The notes under the pieces are model-generated. The model made no database searches, was not told the DNA's origin, and saw only the letters and a program-made list of their open reading frames with translations. 64,000 nucleotides of DNA from Trichodelitschia bisporula. Taxonomy: Eukaryota. The stretch lies in contig ML996692.1 in assembly GCA_010356995.1 (NCBI GenBank), forward strand, positions 1,003,933-1,067,932, read 5' to 3'. Below are positions 1 to 11,168 of this stretch, in pieces. A program made the position numbers and the translations under genes. The first letter of the stretch is position 1, and each line of letters opens with the position of its first letter.

Positions 1-2413
1 TCTCCTGGCACCGCGACGTGCGCTTCGCCGACGACGGTATCCGCGCACCGGACCATGACCCGTTTGCCGGTCCAGCAGCTTCCCGTGATCCGGCGCATGG
101 AGACGTACTCGACGCAGGGGAACCGACTGCGCACACCAGGTTGCTCGGTTGTGATAACTGGGACAGGGCGTCGGGCTGTGGCTACTCGGAATGCAACCAT
201 GGGACGTTTTCGCCGCGCGCTACCTCCCCTCCCGCGATGCGGCCTGGGAGTCACCGGAGCTATGGCAGCTTTGGTGGGCACTATGCGTACGAGGATACTA
301 GCGCTTCTCAGAGGTTGCTGGGCGATGGAGCTATAGACGGTGACAATGGAGGAAATGGGAGGAAAACCAGCACAGCGTGGTTTCCGGCGAAGAAACATGG
401 CAGCTCAGAGCAGCGGTGGATGTAAGTATTCCTTTGTGGTTGGAAACGCGAAGCTAACGATCTAGGTACATCGCCTACTACGTGCCGTTCTTTAACTGGA
501 TCCGCCAGTACAAGTGGATATATCTACGAGGCGACTTCATCGCAGCCCTTACTATGGCGTCTTTCTACATTCCTATGGCCCTGTCCTACGCCGACAACCT
601 GGGTCATGTTCCGCCGGTCCAGGGCCTGTACAGCTTTGTCTTCAATCCGCTGATATACGCGCTGCTCGGCACGTGTCCGCAGATGGTTGTCGGACCAGAA
701 GCGGCGGGCTCCCTGCTTACGGGACAAGTTGTAAAAGAGAACATCAACAAGGGGAAGTCAGGAGAGGGCGATGACTCGCGCAATGCGGAGATTGCGGGCA
801 TGGTGACGTTTATGGCAGGCGGGATGATTTTCATGGCGGGTGTGTTTCGACTAGGGTTTTTGGACAACGTGCTTAGCCGGCCGTTTTTGCGTGGGTTTAT
901 CAGCGCTATTGGTTTTGTCATCTTTATCGATCAGCTCATTCCTGAGCTGGGGCTGAATTCGCTGGCGGAGCATGTAGGCGGCGTTGCGCATGGGAGCTGC
1001 ATCGACAAGGCGATTTTTGTGATTTCGAACATCAGATACACGCATGGCCTCACGGCGGCCGTGTCCTTTGGCTCCTTTGCCATCATTCTTGTGTGCAGGT
1101 AAAGTGGTCTTCAGTTTCTCCGTCCTTTACTAATTGGTCCAGGGAAATGAAAAAGCGCCTCCAACCTCGCTATCCCTCCGTGGCCTATGTCCCAGACCGC
1201 TTCCTCGTCGTCGTCGGGTCCGCAGTGCTCGCGTGGCACTTCAGCTGGGACCGACACGGCCTCGAAGTCTTCGGCAACATCAAGGCACACGGCACGCCTT
1301 TCCGCGTTCACTTCCCCTTCGGCATAACACACCTGAAGTACGCGTCCGACGCCTTTGGCACGGGCTTCGTGATCGCGCTGCTAGGCTTCTTCGAGTCGAG
1401 TGTTGCGGCTAAGAGCATTGGTTCGCATAGCGGTGACCAGGGCCCGGCTATTAGCAATGTGCATCTGAGCGCGAATCGCGAGCTCGTGGCGCTGGGCGTG
1501 GCGAATATAGTGGGTGGGTTGTTCATGGCGCTGCCGGGCTTCGGCGGGTATGGGCGGAGTAAGGTGAATGCGTCGACGGGGGGGCGGACGCCGATGAGTA
1601 GCGTCATCTTGTCGCTCATATCCATCACGTGCGTGCTGTGGCTGCTGCCGTACTTTTACTACGTCCCGGTACGATTCCCCCTTTCCGCAGTTGATCATTC
1701 CTAACAAGAAGCAGAAAGGCGTCCTCTCCGCCATGATCAGCGTAGTCGCCTACTCCCTCCTCGAAGAAGCCCCCCCAGATGTAGCCTTCTTCATCAAAAT
1801 CCGCGGCTACTCCGAGCTCACCCTCATGACGCTCATCTTCCTCTCCACCGTGCTCTGGAACATCAAAATCGGCATCGCGGTCGGGATTGGCCTCTCTGTC
1901 CTCCGCGTCGTGCGTCATTCCACACGCCCACGCATCCAGATCCTAGGCCGCGTCCCTGGCACCACGGATAGGTTTGAGGATGCAGAGCGCGCGCCTGGCG
2001 TTGTTGAGTTTATTGCGGGTTGTCTGATCGTTAAGATACCGGAGCCGCTTACTTTTGCGAATACCGGCGATTTAAGGGCCCGCTTGCGCAGACTCGAGGA
2101 ACATGGCTCTGCGCGCGTACATCCTGCGCTGCCGCCCGTGCGCGACGAAGTCCACAATCAAAATATCATCTTTGACGTGCATGGCGTCACGGGACTCGAC
2201 GGTGCGGGCGCTCAAGTCCTGTTCGAGATCGTGCAGGCGTATGTGCGCCGCGGTGTGCGCGTGTTTTTCTGCCGCGTCCCAGGCGAGGGGAGCGAAGTTC
2301 GAAGACTTATGGAGGCGAGTGGGATAGTGGAGCTGTGCGGGGGACGGGAGTACATCACGCACAGCGTTGAGGAAGCGCTGCGCTTGACTGAGGTCGAGGA
2401 GCGAGATGTGTAG
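1..2413 (+). CDS. SulP/SLC26-family sulfate/anion transporter with C-terminal STAS domain; 5' end lies outside the window. Introns 422-465, 1099-1142, 1669-1714
   Basis: Spliced frame is continuous (RWM|YIAYYVPF, CR|EMKK, VP|KGVL). Motifs: GDFIAALTMASFYIPMALSYA, GLYS, VGPEA, NRELVALGVANI, GGYGRSKVN, STAS IVKIPEPLTFANTG and IIFDVHGVTGLDGAG. All three introns have GT..CTAA[C/T]..AG. Confidence 0.93.
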
Positions 2414-3278
2414 CGTTTACTGTAAAGCATTATGGGCGCTCAGGTTGGGAGGGGGGAGTGTACAACGGGTTTCCCAGCCAGATACACTGCCGGAATCGAG
2501 ATGTCCCCCCCCCATTAACCTTACCTGCGTCGTCGAGTCCCATCCCGCTCTCCATCCACGTCCCATCGACTCCCTAGCCCGGCATCGAGTGCGAGCTTGC
2601 GCGTGCCCTCCTCGCCCTATTCCGCAAGCTCCCTCGCAGCAGTCGTACACGTGCTACACTGCAAGCCCATGAGCCGGCATGGCACGGGCGACGCGTGGGC
2701 GCTGGCAATGGTTGCGTGGTTACATGCGTGGGGACTCGCACAGCGGGCGAAGCACTGGATCGCAAGAAGGCTCGGTAACGCCGTTCCGGCTTGCATGTCC
2801 TCTCATTTACCTCCCCAGCCACTCATTGCTCCTTGACGAGAAAGCCGCCGGCCGACGAAGGCCAGTCGATTCGGTGTGTCCCGTTCGTTTGAGCTCCCCA
2901 TGCCATGCCTTGTCTTGCCATAGCACGCGTCCCTGCTACAACCGACACACACTGTGCGAGGCCAGACCACCCGGGGAACCATCGCCTGCCTCTCATACAC
3001 ACCCGTCGCTCCCGCCAGCGCCAACATCACCTCGCGCATTTCGAATCTCATGCTGATTACCTAGTATACAACCCGCCCCCGCCCCCGCGCCGTGGTATCA
3101 TTCGCACCCACCATCACACCCGTATCCCATCCCCTCCCCCTTCCCGCCCCCGCTTGTATTCCCGCCCTCGAGCCCGCCTTAGCTAGCCGAATACCCCGTC
3201 CATCCTAACCCCGCCCATCCCAAACATCGCCCGGGACGCATCCGGCCGTCCCATAATCCCCTCCCCTCAAACACCCGC

Positions 3279-4339
3279 TTAACACAACCCCCCTCCCCAA
3301 GCCCCCCCCGGACTCCCCACCGAACAAGGCGGGCTAGGCGGACCAGTCCCCCACGGCTTTCCGAGCGGGGCCTGCGTGTCCCAGCGCGCCTCAAGGCCCG
3401 CGGCCGTGTCTTCGGCCTGGCATCCGGTCCACGCGGTGTCGAGTCCGCCGGCTGCTAGCCCTGTGCACCAGGCGTAGGCGTCGCCGGTGAGGAAGTCCGG
3501 TGCCGGGGGGTCTAGACCGACGAAGGAGGGGCCGAGGGGGAAGGGCGGGGAGAAGCCGGGGGCGGAGTAGAAGGGTGGGGCGAGGAGGTGGGGGGGTTGG
3601 AGGTGGGAGTTGGAGAGCGGGAGTTGAGGGGTGAGGCGGGGTTGGGGCGGGGGTTGAGGGTGCGGTTGCTGGGGTTGGGGTTGAGGCTGGCGGGACTGAG
3701 GGTGCTGAGATTGGGGTTGAGTCTGCGAGTCGCTTGGTTGACACTGCCCCTGATTCCGCGGCGCGATGCTCACGGGGCGCTTATACAAACTGAGCTGCCT
3801 CTTTGCGCGGCGGTACGCGGCGTCAGCGGAGCGGCGTGTGGCACGCGGGTGGCATGTGAGTCCTTTGGACGCGCAGCGGGAGCACGTTGGTGTCTGTAGA
3901 TGGATTAGATATTGGGTTCTAAAGTGCTCAAGCTGTGTGTTGAAGTGGGAGAAAGGGGGTTGCGCACCGCCTTATCACACTTGGTCTTTGCCTTCGCACA
4001 GCTTACGCACGCAATCGGCCGGCCCGCGTCGGGCGCGCTGGGCGGCGTGCCTGGGCTGTCGGTGTCCTTGTGCACGAGGATGTAGTGACGCTGGAGGAGA
4101 TCGCTGGCAGAAGGTTAGGTGGAGGTGTGGAAAGGGGGAGAAATGGGCGGACCGGCGCTTGAAGGAGAAGTGGCAGATGGAGCACTTGTAAGGCTTGACG
4201 TTCGTGTCTGCCAGGCGTTAGCCGCGCGCCGTTCATGATGCATCTCTCCAGGGGAGGCGGGCGACCCACGCGTCAGGACGTGTCGGTCCAAGTGCTCGGC
4301 GCGCGAGAATTCCTGACCACAGTACGTGCACCAGACCAT
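3279..4339 (-). CDS. Short (291 aa) Cmr1/Amr1/Pig1-like transcription factor: two C2H2 fingers, a Zn2Cys6 cluster and a Q/P-rich tail. Exons 4339-4270, 4207-4153, 4103-3968, 3893-3279
   Basis: Spliced: MVWCTYCGQEFSRAEHLDRHVLT|HTNVKPYKCSICHFSFKR|RDLLQRHYILVH...IACVSCAKAKTKCDKA|TPTCSRCASKGLTC. Three GT..CTAA..CAG introns keep the frame. The N-terminus closely matches the remembered Cmr1 start (MVFCTYCG..F.R.EHL.RH.LTHTNVKP). Confidence 0.88.
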
Positions 4340-5647
4340 GATTCAGAGGCGTCGATGTCAAAGCTCAATAGCCGGAAAAGGAAGCAAAAGGGAAGTGTGT
4401 CAGATCCCCCCCCACACGGCGCACCAGGGAAATGATATAAACCCACCCGCACACCCACCCGCACCTTGCTCCAAGCACACCAACCCCCGAACACCCCCCA
4501 AGATAGGATATGACGACGCTCCCCGCCGACGCAGCAGGCAGCATGCTTACTGACCTCGTTGCGAGCTTACAGTTACACACCCGGCGCGCGGGGCACTCGC
4601 GCAGCATACCACGCCGCCTCATCTCGCAAGCCGGTGCCTCGGGACCCATGCGGGGCCGGCGCCAGCAGGCTGTGCCCGGCTGAACCGCCGCGCGACCTTA
4701 ACCACGCCGCCCCTCCCGGCACCAGCCCCACACGCCGTACCACCACGGTCGCCTTGCTCATGACCCGCTGGCTCCCGTCCCGTTCCGCGGCTGGGTTTGA
4801 TGGCTTGCCTAATGCAGACGGTAGAGGCGTGGGTTGTGCGCCGAAGCTGCGGGCTGTAGTTGCAGTGCATGGTTTGGGACCTGCTCGCTGCTCGGCCCGG
4901 GAACTGTACCGCGCCGGGCTGGGTGCGGTGCCCTGCTGCTGCTGGGCGCGGCTTGCGCGACCGGGTCAGGCCCGCTGGTGCGTCGGGGGAGGGGTTTGAA
5001 ACGGGGTGTCGGGGTCGGAGTGTTAGCAACGGGCGGGGAGAGCGATGAGTGCACTGCGGGTTTGGAAAGATGGGGTTTTGGGAGTAGAAGGCGAGTGATA
5101 GGGTAGGGGCTGTTACACCGGCTGATGAAATCGCCCCCAACGAGCATGACCATCCCAGCCCCTTGTTGACCGCACATTTCGGGCGGCCGCAGTTGGTGGA
5201 GTGGGACTGGCGTGCCTCGCTCGAAGGTGGTGAGGGACTAGGCATGTGCGAGCGGCTGTTTCGATGCGGGAGTGCTGCCGCGTGGCTCGCGGGTGGGAGT
5301 TTGCACGACGAAGGCGGCGTGGGGCGGTCAGGCAGACTCGGTGTTTAAATTGGGAAGGGGGGAAGAAGGGAAGAGGAATGCAGATGTACGCTCCCTGTGC
5401 TTCTCTTTTTCGCTATGCTGCTTCGGGTGAAATACGGCCATCAGTTGATGTTACCGGAGGTTGGTAGAGACACCGGCGGAGTGGAAAAGGTTGCGAGCGG
5501 CGTCTTAAAGCAGGAAATGGTCCAAGGTTATCGAATCTCGAGTGGCTATGGGTGATTCCGTGAGGGGAGGGGAGGGACGAGAGTCTGGGAATAGGAAGTC
5601 AATGCTGGAACTGGGTTTTTCATGCAGAGCTACTTCACTCGATTGAC

Positions 5648-5653
5648 CCGAGG
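5648..5653 (+). promoter_or_regulatory. Candidate FarA/Ctf1 fatty-acid response element (CCGAGG = CCTCGG) upstream of PXA1
   Basis: Exact hexamer about 780 bp before the PXA1 ATG. It fits a peroxisomal fatty-acid importer, but a hexamer can occur by chance in GC-rich DNA. Confidence 0.3.
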
Positions 5654-6425
5654 GAATGGTCTGGTGCGGTGGAATAGGACGATAGGTTGCAGGGAGATGG
5701 TGGCTGGAAGAGAGGCATAAAGCACATTTTTTGAGAGCGATGGACCGTGGAGCTGTGATGATCTGCGTTGATGAGGTGAGATGGTTGAGAGAACATGTTG
5801 TTGAGATGAGAAGAGCTGAAGGTTGGTGGTGAGGGGGTGATGAAGAGGTGAAGCTGAAGAGAAGGAAGGGAGCTGAGCGGTGGGATGGGTTGATGAATGA
5901 CGTCCACCAAAGGCCAAGGAGGCTGAAAAAGCCGTTTCAGCGTCAAAAGCGCCTCTTCTAGCGCCACCTGCACTCGTTACTGGGTAGATTTAGCGGGTAC
6001 CCCCCTAATTCCCCACAGCCAGGCCCCCCTCCAACAGCCGGTCACCCCCCTAACTTCCCCACTAACCCACTAACCCCCAACCGCTAATTTACTCCACAAT
6101 CGTATCGACTGTTCACATGCTCAGATCCGGATCGGCTGGCAGGTGATCGGTTGGCGTTGCCGAAGCGCATGTGCCTCCCGCCTCTCCTCTCTCTCGCTCT
6201 GTCGTTACGTACCAAGCTCTCTCGTGTCCAAGATCAACATCGTCACCACCACACCTCCAACTGCCACCACCTTCCTCTCCTTCTCTCTTGTGTTCCTATC
6301 GTCCCATCTCTCTCTCCCTCGTATCGCCTCCCGCTCAACTGTCGTCTCGCAGTGCATGGCACGGATGTAGCCCACCCACGCTCTCCACGCGCCCATTCCC
6401 CTCCCCTCCCTCTCTCCCTCCCACA

Positions 6426-9086
6426 ATGGCCGCCCAATCCACGCTTCGCCACTCCGAGGATCCCCTTCTCGTCCTGTACCATCGCTATGTGCGTCTCCTA
6501 ACCGCCAAAGCGAAAGGCGCGTCGCGTACCGTCAAGCTGCTCGCAACCGTCATCCTGACCCTGTCCATCGCATCCTCGGTCTATGGCGGACAAAAATGGT
6601 GGAAGAAGCGTAAAGCCGAGCGTGAGATGGGCCGCCGCCTGCTGCGCCGCAACTCAGGTCTGCGCGGGCCGGACGGGTCGCGTACTATCTATGTCCCGTA
6701 CCGTGGAGGTACAAGCAAGGTCGTCATCCATCCCACCAAGCCTACCACTTTTGACGCTCATCGCCGGCTTTTCCTCCAGCCACCGCGCGCTGCGGGGCTC
6801 GGTGATGGCCATCAGCCGCAGGTGCCACCGCCGCAGACCAAGCCCGGCCTCAATCTTGCGTTCTTGCATCAGTTCCTCAGCCTGTTCAATATCATGGTGC
6901 CGCGGTGGACGAGCAAGGAGGCGGGGTTGCTGCTGAGCCACGGCTTCTTCCTCATGCTGCGAACGTACCTATCGCTGGTCGTCGCGCGGCTGGACGGTGA
7001 GATTGTACGGGACCTGGTTGCGGGCAATGGAAAGGCCTTCCTCTGGGGCATCGTCAAGTGGTGCGGCATCGGAAGCCTGGCGTCTTACACCAACGCCATG
7101 ATCAAGTTCCTGCAATCCAAGGTGTCCATTGCGTTCCGCACGCGCCTCACGCGCTACATCCACGACCTCTACCTTAACGACAAGCTCAACTACTACAAGC
7201 TGCTCAATCTGGACGGCGGCGTAGGCGCGCAGGCCGACCAGTTCATCACTCAAGATCTGACACAGTTTTGCGCTGCCGCTGCAGCTTTGTATTCCTCTCT
7301 CGGTAAGCCGTTCGTCGACCTCTGCGTCTTCAACTACCAGCTCTACCGCTCTCTCGGACCCCTGGCCTTCACCGGACTTTTGGGTAACTACTTCGCCACC
7401 GCCACTCTCCTCCGCAAACTCTCACCGCCCTTCGGCAAACTCAAAGCCGTCGAAGGCCGCAAAGAAGGCGAATTCCGCGCCCTGCACGCGCGCCTCATCG
7501 CCAACGCCGAAGAAGTAGCCTTCTACGGCGGCGACGCAATGGAACGCGGCTTCCTAGACAAGGGCTTCCGCGAGCTCAAGCACTGGATGGAAGGCATCTA
7601 CAGCCTCAAGATCCGCTACAACATGCTCGAGGACTTTGTGCTCAAGTACTCCTGGTCCGCCTTTGGGTATCTCGTGACTTCCTTGCCTGTTTTCCTCCCG
7701 GCCTGGGGCGGCCTCGGCGGCGCCGACGAACTCGCTGAGGTGGGGTTGCCTGGCCGCGAGCGCGATCGCATGAAGGACTTCATCACGAACAAGCGCCTCA
7801 TGCTCTCCCTCGCCGACGCCGGCGGCCGCATGATGTACTCGATCAAGGACCTGTCCGAACTCGCGGGCTACACGTCCCGCGTGTACACCCTCATCAGCAC
7901 GCTCCACCGCGTGCACGCCGAAGCCTACGTCCCGCCCCCTGGGTCTCGCCCCGAGCTCTTCTCCCTCTGCGACGTGCAGGGTACCACGCACCGCGGCTTC
8001 GACGGCGTGCGCCTGGAGCACGTGCCCGTCGTCGCGCCCGCGCTGTTCCCGCACGGCGGCGAGGAACTAGTCGACCAGTTGAGTTTCATAGTCCATTCGG
8101 GCGAGCACCTGCTCATCACGGGCCCGAATGGCGTGGGGAAGAGCGCCGTTGCGCGCATCGTCGCGGGTCTGTGGCCCGTGTATCGCGGGCTGGTGTCGCG
8201 GCCGCGCACCATCGGGACCGATGGGATTATGTTCCTGCCCCAACGCCCCTACCTCAGCACGGGCACACTGCGCGACCAGGTTATCTACCCGCATACGGAG
8301 GTAGACATGAAAGACGCGCGAAGGCGCGATTTTGAGCTTAGTCAGATACTGGAGGATGCGCGGTTGGGGTATTTGCCCGACCGCGAGGGCGGGTGGGATA
8401 CGCGCAAGGACTGGAAGGATGTGCTGAGTGGCGGGGAGAAGCAGCGCATGGCGCTTGCGAGGCTGTTTTATCATGAGCCGCGGTATGCGTTTGTGGATGA
8501 GGGGACGAGTGCGGTGAGTAGTGATGTTGAGGGGTTGTTGTATGAGCGCGCGAAGGCGAGGGGTATCAGTGAGTTCCCACCCCCCTCCATGCTTCCTATC
8601 CGTCCGGGTCTAATACCGTCGATAGCACTTATCACGATCTCGACCCGCGCCTCCCTCAAGCGCTACCACACCTTCACCCTCACCCTCGGCAGCGGCGAGT
8701 CAGGCGAAGAATGGGCCTTCCAGCGCATCGGCACGCAGGCCGAAAAGTCCTCCGTAGAGAAGGAGCTCGCGGACTTGCGGGAGCGGCTCGCTCATGTCGA
8801 GGAGTGGACGCAGCGCCGTGAGCAGATCGAGCAAGAGCTAAGTAAGGTGTGGGTTAGGGGCGCGGAGGGGGAGGGGGAGACGTTAGCGCCGCCGCCGTAT
8901 ATAGAGAAAGAGACCGAGGGCGAGGGCGAGGCGGACACCGGTCCTGAGAGCGCAGAGCACGCCCCCGAGCCCGTCACCCCCGCGACCGACCCCGCGCAAT
9001 CGGCTTTCCTCAACCTCTCGAGCCAGATCTCGGAGCCTGTGGAGGTGGAGGTGGAGCGGCAGATGCCTGGGGACGAAGCCGCGTGA
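6426..9086 (+). CDS. PXA1: Peroxisomal half-size ABC transporter (ABCD, long-chain fatty acyl-CoA import). One 57-nt intron, 8569-8625
   Basis: EAA motif NAEEVAFYGG, Walker A GPNGVGKS, FLPQRPY, signature LSGGEKQR, Walker B FVDEGTSA. Intron GTGAGT..CTAAT..TAG restores GITLITIS. ATG at 6426 follows a CT-rich leader. Confidence 0.93.
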   Translation: MAAQSTLRHSEDPLLVLYHRYVRLLTAKAKGASRTVKLLATVILTLSIASSVYGGQKWWKKRKAEREMGRRLLRRNSGLRGPDGSRTIYVPYRGGTSKVVIHPTKPTTFDAHRRLFLQPPRAAGLGDGHQPQVPPPQTKPGLNLAFLHQFLSLFNIMVPRWTSKEAGLLLSHGFFLMLRTYLSLVVARLDGEIVRDLVAGNGKAFLWGIVKWCGIGSLASYTNAMIKFLQSKVSIAFRTRLTRYIHDLYLNDKLNYYKLLNLDGGVGAQADQFITQDLTQFCAAAAALYSSLGKPFVDLCVFNYQLYRSLGPLAFTGLLGNYFATATLLRKLSPPFGKLKAVEGRKEGEFRALHARLIANAEEVAFYGGDAMERGFLDKGFRELKHWMEGIYSLKIRYNMLEDFVLKYSWSAFGYLVTSLPVFLPAWGGLGGADELAEVGLPGRERDRMKDFITNKRLMLSLADAGGRMMYSIKDLSELAGYTSRVYTLISTLHRVHAEAYVPPPGSRPELFSLCDVQGTTHRGFDGVRLEHVPVVAPALFPHGGEELVDQLSFIVHSGEHLLITGPNGVGKSAVARIVAGLWPVYRGLVSRPRTIGTDGIMFLPQRPYLSTGTLRDQVIYPHTEVDMKDARRRDFELSQILEDARLGYLPDREGGWDTRKDWKDVLSGGEKQRMALARLFYHEPRYAFVDEGTSAVSSDVEGLLYERAKARGISEFPPPSMLPIRPGLIPSIALITISTRASLKRYHTFTLTLGSGESGEEWAFQRIGTQAEKSSVEKELADLRERLAHVEEWTQRREQIEQELSKVWVRGAEGEGETLAPPPYIEKETEGEGEADTGPESAEHAPEPVTPATDPAQSAFLNLSSQISEPVEVEVERQMPGDEAA

Positions 9087-9985
9087 TCGAGGGTGTGTAC
9101 TTGGATAGCGCAGCGGATACCACAGCATTGCATATGGCTTCTCTCAAACACACATTCCGTTCACACTAGAACTACACTCCCTGGCGCGCAGAGCCGCATG
9201 TCCCCTCCCCGTAGCAGCCTTGACCAGAAAGCAGCCCAGTATCGGGCCGTGCCATCGAGCCGTGCCTGCCGCCGCCGCAGCTACCCGCGCGTCCTATTTG
9301 CAGCCACACGACCCACTGCCGGTACATAGAGAACACGCGACAGTGCCGCGGGCGCTTCACTCAATATTAATGGAATCACGGCAGTGGTACGTACCGCGAT
9401 TAGCTCAGCGCAGGGAGAGGCGTCGAGGACCTCGCCCCCCCAGAGTGACACACAACCCTTCGTCGTACACGCTCGTATCCCTCTTATCGACCTTCCGTCC
9501 CACCTCAGCAGCGCATCTCAAGGCCCTCGCACATCAGGCCTTCACTTGCAATGAACAAACACAAGCAATATCGAATCTCTCAGCTCGAATTCCATTAATT
9601 ACCCCACCGCATAGCCATCATGACGGTCACCGTTAGACACAGGGGACAAAACAGCGGTCGGGTATTGTACATCCGATGAAAAATCTCGCGAAAAAGCGAA
9701 AACAGTAGCAGCAGCGCCCGGTATCCCATTCCCGATTTTAGCAAATCCCGTGGTGAAAACGCCGTGTGCGCCATCGCTCGTTCCCCGTTTGACCCAGCCC
9801 ATCTCTTGCAGTAAAAATACTCCGCATGACCCGCTCAGAAAACGCCTAAGAAAATCGTTGGTATCGATCATGTGCCGTAGATGGGGTGCTCTGCTGGCTG
9901 ATTTAGTGTCGAGATTAGAGATTGCAGTCCCCCAACCACGCCCCTAACACAAACCGTCCATGAACGAGCGTCAGACTGCTCCAGG

Positions 9986-11168
9986 CTAGAGGCGCTTGCC
10001 TGGCACGAAGATGAACAGACAGGAGAGCGCGGCATCGATGATTGCCACCGTAACAAGCACCATCCAAGCCCGCTTGATGAGGAGCTTGCGGACAAACGGT
10101 TCCCGAACACGAGTCCAGTTGAAGAACGTGTACTCCGAGTAGCCGACGAGAGCCATGATCGGGTCAAGCATGTACTGGTGCGAAGCAAGGAGGTAGATCC
10201 CGATGGTGAAAGGGAGGATCACCTATATCAATTAGCTTAGTCACGTCTCTGAGCGGGAAATTTACCCAACAGCGGGTACGACGTGACTTGTCGAGGAAGA
10301 TCAGGATGAATGACGTCCAGAAGGCTCCGAAAAGCGCAAGGAGGCCGACAACGAGCCGAGCCATCATGCTAGGAGGCACGACATTGCCGAGCGCCTTGCT
10401 ACGCAAGAAGCCGGGGAAAGCGTCACGCTCCATCGCCTGGAAGACATAGTCCTTGGCCGCATCGAACACTTCGGGATCATCACGAGTCTCCTCCTCGATG
10501 GCATGCTGGATGGTGTTCAGAATGCCTTGCGGGATGATGATCTCGCGCTCGGAGCCGGGAAGCAGGTACGTGTACAGGATCTTTTCGGCCGAGGCACGGA
10601 TATCCGTACGGGCAACGGTGTGCTGTCCACTGCCGCTAGAGACCTGGCCAGGCGACGGCTCAGCGAGCATGGGCGAATCGACAGCGGACTCCGTCTGGCG
10701 GGTGCGGCTACTGCTCTGGCTGTTGGAGTGCGAGTGATGCCTGACATCATGCTCATCACGCAAAGCCTGAGAGACTTCATGATCGGTAGCACGCTGCTTA
10801 GAGTTCGACGGGCCAGCCTCGGTAGCATCGAAGCTCTCAAGCACGGCAGACGAGCGCTTGCTAGCCGACTTTTCCAGTTCGGGAGTGTCGAGCAGAACCG
10901 ATTGCCGCAGCTCACGGACATAGTGACGGCAGAGAGACATGTGCTGAGAGACATCGAGCCTGGAGAGTTAGCATCAATTGAACCCCTCCATGCATACTTT
11001 CTGCACATACCAGAAGTCCAGATAGTCGACCGAACGCTGTTGATCGCGCATGTAGATATAGAAGGAGAACAGGTCGACGGGCGCCGCGGTGCGTCTGCTC
11101 AGGACCTCAAAGAGCGTGGGCAAACGCGTCCTGTGGTGGACAACCGTCGGCGACGGCGGGTTCGCCAT
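9986..11168 (-). CDS. RAX1: RGS-domain membrane protein of the Rax1 (bud-site/polarity) family. Introns 11010-10960 and 10265-10223
   Basis: RLPTLFEVLSRRT..PVDLFSFYIYMRDQQRSVDYLDFW|LDVSQHMSLCRHYVRELR; RDDPEVFDAAKDYVFQAMERDAFPGFL; three C-terminal hydrophobic segments ending FVPGKRL. Confidence 0.9.

Noticed and set aside
4619..5245. 208-aa minus-strand ORF upstream of the Cmr1-like gene
   Set aside because: Low-complexity GC-rich frame with no domain; more likely leader or promoter DNA.
6171..6425. 85-aa N-terminal extension of PXA1 in the ORF track
   Set aside because: Non-ATG start in a CT-rich 5' UTR; the conserved-looking protein begins at ATG 6426.
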